64,000 nucleotides of DNA from IMG/VR virus record IMGVR_UViG_3300022853_000017, one strand, 5' to 3'. A model generated the notes under the pieces. It did no database searches. It had not been told where the DNA came from and was given only the letters and a program-made list of their open reading frames with translations. How positions within the stretch are numbered: position 1 is the stretch's first letter; each line of letters begins with the position of its first letter. Source of the stretch: an uncultured virus (IMG/VR IMGVR_UViG_3300022853_000017). Taxonomy: Duplodnaviria > Heunggongvirae > Uroviricota > Caudoviricetes. Shown piece by piece: positions 55,349-64,000 of the stretch. The position numbers were made by a program, and so were the translations under genes.

Positions 55349-56592
55349 TATTTCATCCAACTTTTGACAGCAGTGAAATTGTTAAACGAGAATTCCATAC
55401 GGTCTACAAGTTTAACTGCATTGCCACTTATTCTGTCAATAGCAACATAACCCTCTCGGTTAGTCACTTTAAATCCATTTGGGGTTTGAATAAAAGTATC
55501 GGTCAAACCCTTGACACTATTTAGTTTCTTAACGATTTGCATCTTCGCATCTACTAATAGGTTCTGGAAAATAATGATTTGAATTAGATTTTGAGTATGT
55601 TTCTTTATTTCACGCCCATACTCTTTCTGTATGTTGGTATATTTCTCCTTACCCTTATCAGACTTTGCCTTGTCAATTTGTTTCTGAATAGAGTCGAACA
55701 CCCACTTCTCATATCCCTTTGCATGTGCAGCAGGATTGCTGATCTTCTCACCAGCACGAACCTTTGAGTTATTATAGGTCTTGAGTGATGCACCAGCGAC
55801 CGCACCCGTCATACCATTCTGCACAACAAGAAACTTACGCAACCCATTGGCATCGATCTTATTGAAGGTTTGTCCAACTTGTGACAGTACAGCAGTGATT
55901 GTTTCTGTCTCTTTAGCAGTAAAGGTGGCTTTACCAGATACGTCTTTATATGTGGCATCGTCTTGCCACACACTAGAAGGGTTACTCAACCCACTAATAT
56001 TTGCACCAAATGAAGCTTTCATTCCCTGTAGGGTGTCGCCTGTGTATGTGGTGTGCCATACAATACCAACCTTTGCTTTGTTGATAGTCTTGCCTAATGC
56101 GCTATCTACTGGAACAGCATAAACGATGGTATTGGGTTGGAAGGTATAATACTTTGTACCGTCGATAGTCTCTGTGGTCACATCATCGGTGAACATAAGA
56201 TCACCCTGTAGGACATTTTTAATACCCAACTTGGAAAACTCTTTAAGTGCAACTTTAAACTTTGAATTGAGATTACCAGACAAGTCATCGTCAATTTCTT
56301 TTGCAGTTTTGTATAATTTCGGTGTTGCGTTAAAGACAGACTTTTTAGCCACAAAAAAGTCACCTGTCTCTGGTTCAATACCAGCGAACACGGCTGGGCT
56401 GCCGTCCCATTTTTCCGTGATGTTAACGCTGGAACGGGCAGAGCCGCTCAGCATATCTCGCAGAGAACGTAAGAAGTTAAGAGCAGCACGACCACCATCA
56501 ACACCAAAGTTAAGGATTTCATCCTCTAGATGTTCAAGGTGTAGATTCTTTCCACCCTTATCTTCTGTGAGCATTTCTGAAAATGACATCAT
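55348..56592 (-). CDS. conserved T4-like protein (DUF6267-like, ligase-type KxDG motif)
   Basis: KNLHLEHLED, KWDGSPA, QGDLMF, FQPNTIVY, EGYVA, KLVDRMEFS. Confidence 0.75.
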   Translation of the reverse strand: MMSFSEMLTEDKGGKNLHLEHLEDEILNFGVDGGRAALNFLRSLRDMLSGSARSSVNITEKWDGSPAVFAGIEPETGDFFVAKKSVFNATPKLYKTAKEIDDDLSGNLNSKFKVALKEFSKLGIKNVLQGDLMFTDDVTTETIDGTKYYTFQPNTIVYAVPVDSALGKTINKAKVGIVWHTTYTGDTLQGMKASFGANISGLSNPSSVWQDDATYKDVSGKATFTAKETETITAVLSQVGQTFNKIDANGLRKFLVVQNGMTGAVAGASLKTYNNSKVRAGEKISNPAAHAKGYEKWVFDSIQKQIDKAKSDKGKEKYTNIQKEYGREIKKHTQNLIQIIIFQNLLVDAKMQIVKKLNSVKGLTDTFIQTPNGFKVTNREGYVAIDRISGNAVKLVDRMEFSFNNFTAVKSWMK

Positions 56593-56596
56593 TATA

Positions 56597-57403
56597 TCAT
56601 ACCTTAAAGGGATTTATTTTTTTAGTATTCGGCATTATTGAATATCTGCTTTTTGGCATCTCTTGAATTTTTAATTCTGCTTGAACCTCATAATATGATG
56701 ATCTTGTCGCAATTCTTATTCTAAAAGGTCCAGCACCACTTAATAAAGGAATGCTGTTATTTAATTTTAAAGGATTTGATCTTCCTATCATATAAAAATC
56801 ATCACCGGCTTGCATATAATATGCTGGTTCTGCTTTGCCATTTAAATAATGATCTGTTATTACCTCACCCAAATTAACATCAGGTTCAGTCATGATGTAT
56901 CTATTGATTCCGGGTTGAGAAAAATACTCCCTCATAACCTCTAGAGGAACAGCATCTTTATCTCGTAGTCCACCTTTTGTGGTTGGGATTTTAGGATTTT
57001 TTATTCCAGAAAATTTTGAAATAGCTTTAAGAAAATCTTTAGTCTGGTCAGATTTGTTTAATAATTCCACAGATTTATGTGCAGATGATGTGGTGTATGT
57101 AGTATCCCACTTTTTACCATCAAAAAATACTCTAGGGTTTCCTAGATTATCTGTATGGTTCATTTTAACTTCTATCCAAGAAGTGTTACCATTTTGCGCT
57201 GTAACTCGAATATCTGCATATGCTGTTGAAACTTTAGGTCTTTCAGCAGTCACATCCTTTATTTTATTAAGAGTATCAGCAACATCCTTTTCATACCTGT
57301 CAGACTTTGAACTTTCAACTAATATAGACTGAATCCTATCGACATGGGGGGTGTATGATTCTGTGCGGGGGCGCAATTGCTTAATATAGGCTTGCAGTGG
57401 CAT
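56597..57403 (-). CDS. putative PD-(D/E)XK endonuclease
   Basis: YE..V, ADI...WIEVK pattern; YYMQAG; AT-rich; dual early/late promoter upstream. Confidence 0.55.
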   Translation of the reverse strand: MPLQAYIKQLRPRTESYTPHVDRIQSILVESSKSDRYEKDVADTLNKIKDVTAERPKVSTAYADIRVTAQNGNTSWIEVKMNHTDNLGNPRVFFDGKKWDTTYTTSSAHKSVELLNKSDQTKDFLKAISKFSGIKNPKIPTTKGGLRDKDAVPLEVMREYFSQPGINRYIMTEPDVNLGEVITDHYLNGKAEPAYYMQAGDDFYMIGRSNPLKLNNSIPLLSGAGPFRIRIATRSSYYEVQAELKIQEMPKSRYSIMPNTKKINPFKV

Positions 57404-57487
57404 AAATCTCTCCATATCCATTAAATAAAGGTGTGGGTTCATTGAAACCCTTCAATGTTCTATTTATACATAGTCTATGTTAGAATG

Positions 57488-57886
57488 TCAAGTAAAGAAA
57501 TCGTCCAGTGTGCTAACTTGTGAAGATTTATAAGCCATCTTCTCTTTATTCCAACCCTTCTTTTTAGTACCAGACATACTAAAGGGTGGGCAAGGTGGGC
57601 TACCATCAAGAATATCCAATTCATACTTCTGAATTCCTGTCATCTCCATGATTTGTTGTCCAGTGATATTTTTGATGTCACCACAGATATTTGAGGTGCC
57701 GGGCCAGTTTGCAAGATATGTATCTACTGCGACTTGCTGAAACTCATTCACGAAACGACAATCACCACCTGCTAGTTTATAACCCGCTGATGAACCACCA
57801 CCGCCCGCAAAGAATGAAATGTAAGTGAACCTCTTGCGAGATGCACTTTTTTCTAGATCATCTAATGTGTAGCGATAATATCTCAT
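57488..57886 (-). pseudogene. internally deleted C5-cytosine DNA methyltransferase
   Basis: Motif I FAGGGG and motif IV GSPPC present; motifs VI-X absent; ends abruptly in STLDDFFT. Confidence 0.8.
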
Positions 57887-60381
57887 CCGAAAAAATCCTC
57901 TAAACTACCTTGTGTTCCATAACTATCGTCAATCAACCAGCCAATCTTTTCTGAGATGAATCGTAGTGGTTCAACAAATGCCTTGCTAAATTGTGTTTCC
58001 ATGTCAATGCTATTCATAATATCCAACTCTCTTGGCAATTTTGTTATAAAAGAAAATGCAGAGGCTTGATATATATTGGGTTCCTTCATATGGATAAACC
58101 GAATCTTGTCACCTTCTTGAATAAGGGGATACTTGTTGCCCAACTTGTTTTTCTCCACCAGATGATTGTATAGAATAGCTCCCTTCACATGGATAGGAGC
58201 TCCCTTCAGAAACAAACGATCTGTTCCACGAAACTTCTTAACACCATTACAGGAACGGGGATATGCGATATCTTCTGGTGGCAACGCCATAAACTCCTCA
58301 CGAAAATCTTGTATAAAGGTATTTAGCATTTTCTCATCACCACTCATAATGATCTTGAGTGCTTCCTTCAACTTCTCACGGCATGGTGCAGGGGTTGAAG
58401 ACTTTACGGCTTCAATGCCCATAATCTTGAGCTTAGGTTCTTTATAACGAACACCTTCCATATCATACACGTTTAGAATGTAGCGCTTCTTAGCAGTCCA
58501 CACACCCTTGTCAGCGATGGCTTCACGTCCCATCACCATCTTATTTTCGTATGCGTTGGTTAGTGTAGCAAGCGCCTGATAACTTTTGTCAATAAAAGGC
58601 TCCAACTTCTCTTTTGCAATCTTGTCCAAGAAGGTGATAACATCGTTAGTGTCTGCTCCTTCTTTAAACACCTTACTAACCAATCTGTCAAAAGTAATGT
58701 AGAGCGAATCCGTATCACTAGCAATAACGAAATCCACGTCCCTTGTTTCCAAGATTTTGTTAAGATAAATGTTGATGCTCTTTTCAATCCAACGAATAGA
58801 TAACTGGCCAGACGTTGTAATTGCAGTAGCGACCAGCAGATCGAAATACCTAAACCAATTATTCCCAATAGCACCATATGCGCTGTTAAGAGAAATCTTC
58901 TTCGCCATTTGGATGTTGTTGTATCGGGCAATGTCTTTGAGTAGAGACTTCTTCCCAGTGTTCTCATACTCCTGTTGAGCGTCGAGCATAAGTCTTTTAT
59001 ATTTGACACGATCATTGTATATACCTTCCATCAGTTCTGGCAAGAAACCCCTTTTGTCCTTGCGAAAGAAAGCACCATTGGGTGTCATACAATACTCAGT
59101 ATCGTTGCTGACCCTGCCTTCTAGTATTTTATCAACCATACCCTCAGATGGTTTGATATGACCATTCACCAATGTCTCAGGCGAAATATTATATTGCATA
59201 ATAAGGTGGGAATATAGTGAGTTAAGATCGAAAGACATAACCCACTTGTGCATACCCACCTGTGGGTCTTTCACATAAGCACCTTCGAACTTTTCCACCT
59301 TCTGGTTATCAGACTTTTGAGGAATAACGATATTCCTCTCACGCAGATAGTTGTAAATCAGGATGTCCCAGTAGCGCACTGTGCCGAGGATATCAACAAA
59401 GTTCACCTTTGCATCATAAGCCATCGTCAATGCAAGTTCCATCAATTTCAACTTGTCTTCTAGATTGTCAACAATCTCCACATCTTGAATATTATATTCG
59501 ATGAACGACTGATAATCTTTGGTATACCACTCACGGAATGTTTCATATGGATTACCATCCTTACGCTCACCCAGTTCCACAAACGCAATGTGGTCAAGGG
59601 TGTATCGTTCCTGATTAGTATATGTAAACTTGCGATACAGATCAAGGTAATCTAGTGCAGAAATACCATCCAGAGTGTATGTTTGATGAGTTCGGCCCAT
59701 CTTGTAAACATCACGGGCAAACACATTTTTCCACGGGGACAGACGTTTTGTCTCATCATCATCGAAGACGTTACGAATACGATTGACAAGATAGGGAATA
59801 TCAAAGAACTCAGTGTTCCAACCCGTAATAATATCAGGTGTATTGTTTTCCCAGAATGCTAGGAACTCTTTAAGAAGATGCACTTCACTCTCGCACTGAA
59901 TGTAAGTTACATCCTCACGTTCAGTGACGAACTCACCGATACCCCAGACATGGATGTGGCCACTCTGGAAGTTCTTTATAGTGATGGACAGCATGGGTTC
60001 TGCTGCGTCTTCTGGTTTTGGAAATCCGTTCTCACACTCCACCTCAATATCGATGGTGTACATGAGCATCTGGTCCAAATCCCAATCAACCTGTTTAGGA
60101 AACTCATCAGCAATCCAACAATAGGGATACTGTGTGTTACCATAGATGATATCTTGGTTTTCACGAGCAGAAACCCACTGTTTAGCTTCTTTGATAGTTT
60201 CAAACTTGTGTGGCAGAACACTCTTGCCATCCAGAGTTTTGTATCCAGTTTCCTCACGGGTATTAACTAGATCAAAAAGTGTGGGTTCATATTTAACTCT
60301 ACGAGTCGTGCGCTCTCCATTCCTGACCTCACGGACAAGAATAGAATTGCCGTATTGTAATACGTTTGTGTAGAAGTTCAT
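57883..60381 (-). CDS. gp43: family B DNA polymerase gp43
   Basis: DIEV, GWNTEFFD, YNIQD exonuclease motifs; DLNSLY, KISLNSAYG, DTDS, KKRY; C-terminal SLEDFF. Confidence 0.98.
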   Translation of the reverse strand: MNFYTNVLQYGNSILVREVRNGERTTRRVKYEPTLFDLVNTREETGYKTLDGKSVLPHKFETIKEAKQWVSARENQDIIYGNTQYPYCWIADEFPKQVDWDLDQMLMYTIDIEVECENGFPKPEDAAEPMLSITIKNFQSGHIHVWGIGEFVTEREDVTYIQCESEVHLLKEFLAFWENNTPDIITGWNTEFFDIPYLVNRIRNVFDDDETKRLSPWKNVFARDVYKMGRTHQTYTLDGISALDYLDLYRKFTYTNQERYTLDHIAFVELGERKDGNPYETFREWYTKDYQSFIEYNIQDVEIVDNLEDKLKLMELALTMAYDAKVNFVDILGTVRYWDILIYNYLRERNIVIPQKSDNQKVEKFEGAYVKDPQVGMHKWVMSFDLNSLYSHLIMQYNISPETLVNGHIKPSEGMVDKILEGRVSNDTEYCMTPNGAFFRKDKRGFLPELMEGIYNDRVKYKRLMLDAQQEYENTGKKSLLKDIARYNNIQMAKKISLNSAYGAIGNNWFRYFDLLVATAITTSGQLSIRWIEKSINIYLNKILETRDVDFVIASDTDSLYITFDRLVSKVFKEGADTNDVITFLDKIAKEKLEPFIDKSYQALATLTNAYENKMVMGREAIADKGVWTAKKRYILNVYDMEGVRYKEPKLKIMGIEAVKSSTPAPCREKLKEALKIIMSGDEKMLNTFIQDFREEFMALPPEDIAYPRSCNGVKKFRGTDRLFLKGAPIHVKGAILYNHLVEKNKLGNKYPLIQEGDKIRFIHMKEPNIYQASAFSFITKLPRELDIMNSIDMETQFSKAFVEPLRFISEKIGWLIDDSYGTQGSLEDFFG

Positions 60382-60424
60382 TATAAGAGTATATCAGGTT
60401 TCCGTAGAATTGTCAAGGATTATT

Positions 60425-61849
60425 TTAATCTATTCCGTCTGTTGAATCGCTTCGTTCTGACCAATCAGATAAAACAAATTTACGATTTGGATTCACCGAA
60501 ACTTTAAAACGTGTTAGCAAATCCCTATTGATAAGAAAGGTGCTTGCAGCATCTTCAGTTTGAAGTCCGATAGGAACATCAACATAGTTCATATTATTGA
60601 ATTTGATATTAACATGAACTATAGGACGCTCAGCCATCTTACCGATATGAGTTGGTTTTGAAATACCCTGCAATTTACTTGTAAACTTCTTACCGTTTTT
60701 TTCCCACTTAACTGTCTTACCCTGCACATCCAATTTGTCAACGATAAGCATAGATGCCTTCGTACCATTACCAGTATCAAACTTAGATCGTATGAGTCCA
60801 TAACCCTCTATATCAAGAGTTTCATGAAATCCAGATTCTTGATTAAAAGCAAACCTTCTATGTAGGGGATTCTGTAGATATTCAACCATATATTTTATGA
60901 TACCTTCGTCCTTTGTAGGAACTTGCGGTACTTGCGTAATATCATAATTCTGGAATTTTGAACCAAGGCCGGGGGAACCATTCACTTCCAGAACGTATAT
61001 CTTCCCACCAACAATAGCATGATCAACGCCGCACATATAGGCACCTGTTGATCTTGCCGCTGCAATGATCTCTTCCTTTTCCTTATCACTTAATGTGTAA
61101 GGTTCAGTAGTTGCGCCCCTGTGTCTATTGGAACGAAAATCTTTTTCTGGTTTAATTCTCTTGGTTGATGCAAGAATCCTACCGTTAAAAACAATAGTTC
61201 TAATGTCGAAATCGATTTTCAAAAACTCTTGAATAATCAACGGAGCATTAAACTTCCACAATGACTGAATAACACTCATCATAGATTCCATGCTTTCAAC
61301 TTTAGATACTCCGATACCCTGCGTACCAGTTAGAGTTTTGATAATAACAGGAAACTTGCCGCCGATACGTTCATGAGCATCAGCAATACTTTTCTCATTA
61401 TTCACCAATGATGTACGGGGTGTAGGAATGTTACTACGTTCAAAGGCAGTGTAGGATGACATCTTGTTATCACATGTCATCATTCCATCACGATCATTGA
61501 TCATCATACAACCAGCGTTCTGCAAGGTTCCCAACAGGGCAAGGCCGATCTCAGTTCCTAAAGCACCCGCACGAACAAATACCACAGTAGAAGAAGTTTC
61601 AACTAAAATATCTTTTTCTCCACCGTCATAGTTTTTAATGGACACGGTTGATTTTTCAATATTATTCTCTGAAACCCAAGCCTCAGTGGTGACAATTCGA
61701 TAACAAGACAATCCAAGTTCTTCACAAGCAGACATCAACATACCAGTAACAATCTCTGGTTTTTTTGATTTTGATGCAGTAAGAATTAAGACAGTAATTT
61801 TGTCTTTTTGTTCCTTAGCCTCAGTGATGAATGATTTAAACTTTTCCAT
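60425..61849 (-). CDS. RimK-family ATP-grasp ligase fused to retropepsin-like protease domain
   Basis: PVIIKT..GTQGIGV, QEFL, DIR, DFRSN, GVD, EVNGSPG; C-terminal KFDTGN. Confidence 0.85.
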   Translation of the reverse strand: MEKFKSFITEAKEQKDKITVLILTASKSKKPEIVTGMLMSACEELGLSCYRIVTTEAWVSENNIEKSTVSIKNYDGGEKDILVETSSTVVFVRAGALGTEIGLALLGTLQNAGCMMINDRDGMMTCDNKMSSYTAFERSNIPTPRTSLVNNEKSIADAHERIGGKFPVIIKTLTGTQGIGVSKVESMESMMSVIQSLWKFNAPLIIQEFLKIDFDIRTIVFNGRILASTKRIKPEKDFRSNRHRGATTEPYTLSDKEKEEIIAAARSTGAYMCGVDHAIVGGKIYVLEVNGSPGLGSKFQNYDITQVPQVPTKDEGIIKYMVEYLQNPLHRRFAFNQESGFHETLDIEGYGLIRSKFDTGNGTKASMLIVDKLDVQGKTVKWEKNGKKFTSKLQGISKPTHIGKMAERPIVHVNIKFNNMNYVDVPIGLQTEDAASTFLINRDLLTRFKVSVNPNRKFVLSDWSERSDSTDGID

Positions 61850-62253
61850 TAGACTTCTTTTTTCTTACCAATATTGTACTTAGTTTCGAGTACCCAATCA
61901 CTCTTCTCTGCATAAGACAGAACTTTGATTTGGCTGAGGGGAGCAACTTCTCCAATCTCACTAATGACGTTAACCAATCCCCAATCAAGCAATAGTTTTG
62001 CAATCGTATTCCTACGAGAAATGTCATTGGTAGATAGATTTGTGTTCTTACCATCAAGAGCAAACAACTCCTTGAAGTGTACAATAAAGTATCTACCCTG
62101 CTTGTGCAGAATATGACATGACTGATATAGTTTCTTTTCTTTGCGAGATGCTACTCCAATTCGTGATAGCGTCTCACGAACTTTAAGAAAGTCATCAGGT
62201 TCTTTCAAACCAATTTCTAACATCTGCTCCTGTGTCCAATTAATATCTTCCAT
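61849..62253 (-). CDS. regA: translational repressor RegA
   Basis: PDDFLKVRETLSRIGVASR...LYQSCHILHKQGRYFIVHFKELFALDG. Confidence 0.97.
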   Translation of the reverse strand: MEDINWTQEQMLEIGLKEPDDFLKVRETLSRIGVASRKEKKLYQSCHILHKQGRYFIVHFKELFALDGKNTNLSTNDISRRNTIAKLLLDWGLVNVISEIGEVAPLSQIKVLSYAEKSDWVLETKYNIGKKKEV

Positions 62254-62434
62254 TTTTCCCACCTTTATATAATCTTTTTCTTATAGTGGCGAGTTGGTCC
62301 TCAGACAATATATCAAGAGCGGCCTTGGCCTTTACATTACTATATCCATAGAACTCTTTAACATACTCTAGATTCTCTAATTTATTCGCCTTCAACCACG
62401 GGGTAAACCTTTTCCTTGGCCTCAGACTATTTAG
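62240..62434 (-). pseudogene. orphan duplicate 3' half of gp62
   Basis: Manual: LNSLRPRKRFTPWLKANKLENLEYVKEFYGYSNVKAKAALDILSEDQL...KGGKNGRY*; no ATG upstream before an in-frame TGA. Confidence 0.85.
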
Positions 62435-62507
62435 GATTTGAGATATTCTAATATCATGACCAATTCTTCTATTGTAGAATCATTTTAACTATTTGAGAAT
62501 AATCAAA

Positions 62508-62897
62508 CTACAATTTACCACCCTTAAAAAGTTTAGATTTAATGATTGTAATCTGTTCATCATTCAATATATCAAGAGCGGCCTTAGCCTTTACATTACT
62601 ATATCCATAGAACTCTTTAATACATTCTAAATTATCCATCTTTGATGCTTTTATCCAAGGAGTAAATCTTTTTCTAGAACGCAAACTTGTCCGAAGAAAA
62701 TCAAACTGTAGTTTCTTATCTACATTTGGTAGTTGGTTAATTTCATTCACCAACATGATGGTATCAGGGAATGCACCGACACACTTGTTGACAATGAAGG
62801 GAACATATTTCCTCTCCCATTCCTCATCTTCACCGTCCATCAAGGGTTCTTTGGTTTGGTTTATAGCCTTGAGATAGGATTTTAGTTCATAGGTCAT
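62508..62897 (-). CDS. gp62: clamp loader small subunit gp62
   Basis: YLKAIN...Y.PFIVNK...QFDFL...RKRF.PW...YGYSN.KA. Confidence 0.93.
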   Translation of the reverse strand: MTYELKSYLKAINQTKEPLMDGEDEEWERKYVPFIVNKCVGAFPDTIMLVNEINQLPNVDKKLQFDFLRTSLRSRKRFTPWIKASKMDNLECIKEFYGYSNVKAKAALDILNDEQITIIKSKLFKGGKL

Positions 62898-63303
62898 ATG
62901 CTTCTTCCCAAGTCATCATACTCTTTGAATATATGTCTTCACTATTCATCAAATCTAACATAATCAAATCCTTCTGTAATTGACCAACAAAACATTCCTT
63001 TATTTCAATTGATCTTGGAGATGTAAGTTGACAAAACCACCAAACTATTTCTTCGGCTTGTTCACCAATCAAATCTTTGATAACCTGCCTATTTTCAACC
63101 AACCCACCCTCTGGCATAAAATAAACAGTTCCATACACAGAGTGAAATAAACCAGCATCTTGCATATACTCAGGACACCCCTGTTCTTTTAATCTGGTAC
63201 TAGTACCAATCAAATGTTCCAATAAAGTTTGACCACTATGTCCAACCTTATCAGAACCTATCTTTTTTAAGAAATCAATCTTGGTAGAAGTCAAGTCGTT
63301 CAC
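62887..63303 (-). CDS. HD-like hypothetical protein (DUF6817-like)
   Basis: HSGQTLLEHLIGT...AGLFHSVYGT...IGEQAE. Confidence 0.75.
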   Translation of the reverse strand: MNDLTSTKIDFLKKIGSDKVGHSGQTLLEHLIGTSTRLKEQGCPEYMQDAGLFHSVYGTVYFMPEGGLVENRQVIKDLIGEQAEEIVWWFCQLTSPRSIEIKECFVGQLQKDLIMLDLMNSEDIYSKSMMTWEEAYDL

Positions 63304-63820
63304 GGTTTGCTGAATCTATCCACAACTTAAATACGATTACACTTCTCAATTCATAACATTCCCTTGTAACAGGCATAGCCATATGGGGTAAATGTGCATC
63401 AAATACAACTAAACTATTACCAATATAAGGAACGAGTTGCCCATCAATTAGCGTACCACCACCCCACTCAGGTTTCCAATCCATTCGTGGATAGTAAATC
63501 ATAGTGAAATCACCATCATCATTATGCATTACAGGTTCGACACCATGTGTATGAGCATTCATGTATATGCGCTTATATGTTTTAACATCATAAGTCTTTT
63601 TGAAATCATACTTATGCATGGCAGAATTCCAGATAGGCAGAACCCACTCATAACCATTTGCTACCATCTCTGTTTCGTCACTGCCGCAAAAGACATGCCA
63701 ATGAAGTGATGGTTTAAGCTTGTTTGAATGATAATCATATTTCCAAGAAACTGTTTTCATCGATGAATCAATCAATTCTGCAACATGACCCTCTACAACA
63801 TCATCATATATTTTAATCAT
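63275..63820 (-). CDS. 2OG-Fe(II) oxygenase (prolyl-hydroxylase-like)
   Basis: HNDDG...WGGGT...FD..LPH...R..IVFK. Confidence 0.85.
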   Translation of the reverse strand: MIKIYDDVVEGHVAELIDSSMKTVSWKYDYHSNKLKPSLHWHVFCGSDETEMVANGYEWVLPIWNSAMHKYDFKKTYDVKTYKRIYMNAHTHGVEPVMHNDDGDFTMIYYPRMDWKPEWGGGTLIDGQLVPYIGNSLVVFDAHLPHMAMPVTRECYELRSVIVFKLWIDSANRERLDFYQD

Positions 63821-64000
63821 TTGAACTTTGTCCTTCCCATAATTTCAGTGAGACAAGCCATCATATTGATTTCCAGATCAGCAACAAACGCCGCTTTATA
63901 TTGGTACTCACCCAGTGCCACGACAACATGAGGAATGCTACTAGGGTCAATATAATCATATAGATTATCATAAACAGCACGAAACAACTTATCTGAATCA
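63817..64000 (-). CDS. gp44: clamp loader large subunit gp44, C-terminal part (runs off window)
   Basis: Manual: ...FRAVYDNL...YQYKAAFVADLEINMMACLTEIM. Confidence 0.9.
   Translation of the reverse strand, partial: DSDKLFRAVYDNLYDYIDPSSIPHVVVALGEYQYKAAFVADLEINMMACLTEIMGRTKFK

Overview
This is a 64-kb segment of a T4-like myovirus genome of the aquatic pelagimyophage/cyanomyophage-like type. The host is probably an alphaproteobacterium, inferred from the two-piece tmRNA and its ANDN tag. Almost all genes are on the minus strand; the exception is a plus-strand tail/head block at 3833-8787. Core genes present: baseplate gp27-like/53/48/54/26/51, a tape-measure-like gene, gp4, gp2, gp32, thyX, gp59, gp33, rnh, phoH, endolysin, spanins, nrdA/nrdB, gp61, gp43, regA, gp62 and gp44. 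Notable signals read from the sequence: (1) a circularly permuted tmRNA whose intervening segment carries an HNH-type endonuclease gene; (2) two intact tRNA genes nested in-frame inside a protein-coding gene; (3) a hammerhead ribozyme at the predicted transcription start of an HTH gene whose 3' UTR has a kissing-loop structure; (4) both RNR subunits fractured by split inteins plus GIY-YIG endonucleases, one intein being an Ala1 class 3 type; (5) a curli CsgF/CsgG/curlin-FecR-CHASE2 cyclase operon; (6) modular polyproteins punctuated by a 22-bp repeat encoding EEVDLDE, plus enzymes with T4 capsid-targeting-like N-termini; (7) a -1 slippery site fusing gp26 to gp51; (8) an unidentified late-promoter ncRNA; (9) several scars of mobile-element activity. 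All family assignments come from motif recognition by eye; no database search was run.
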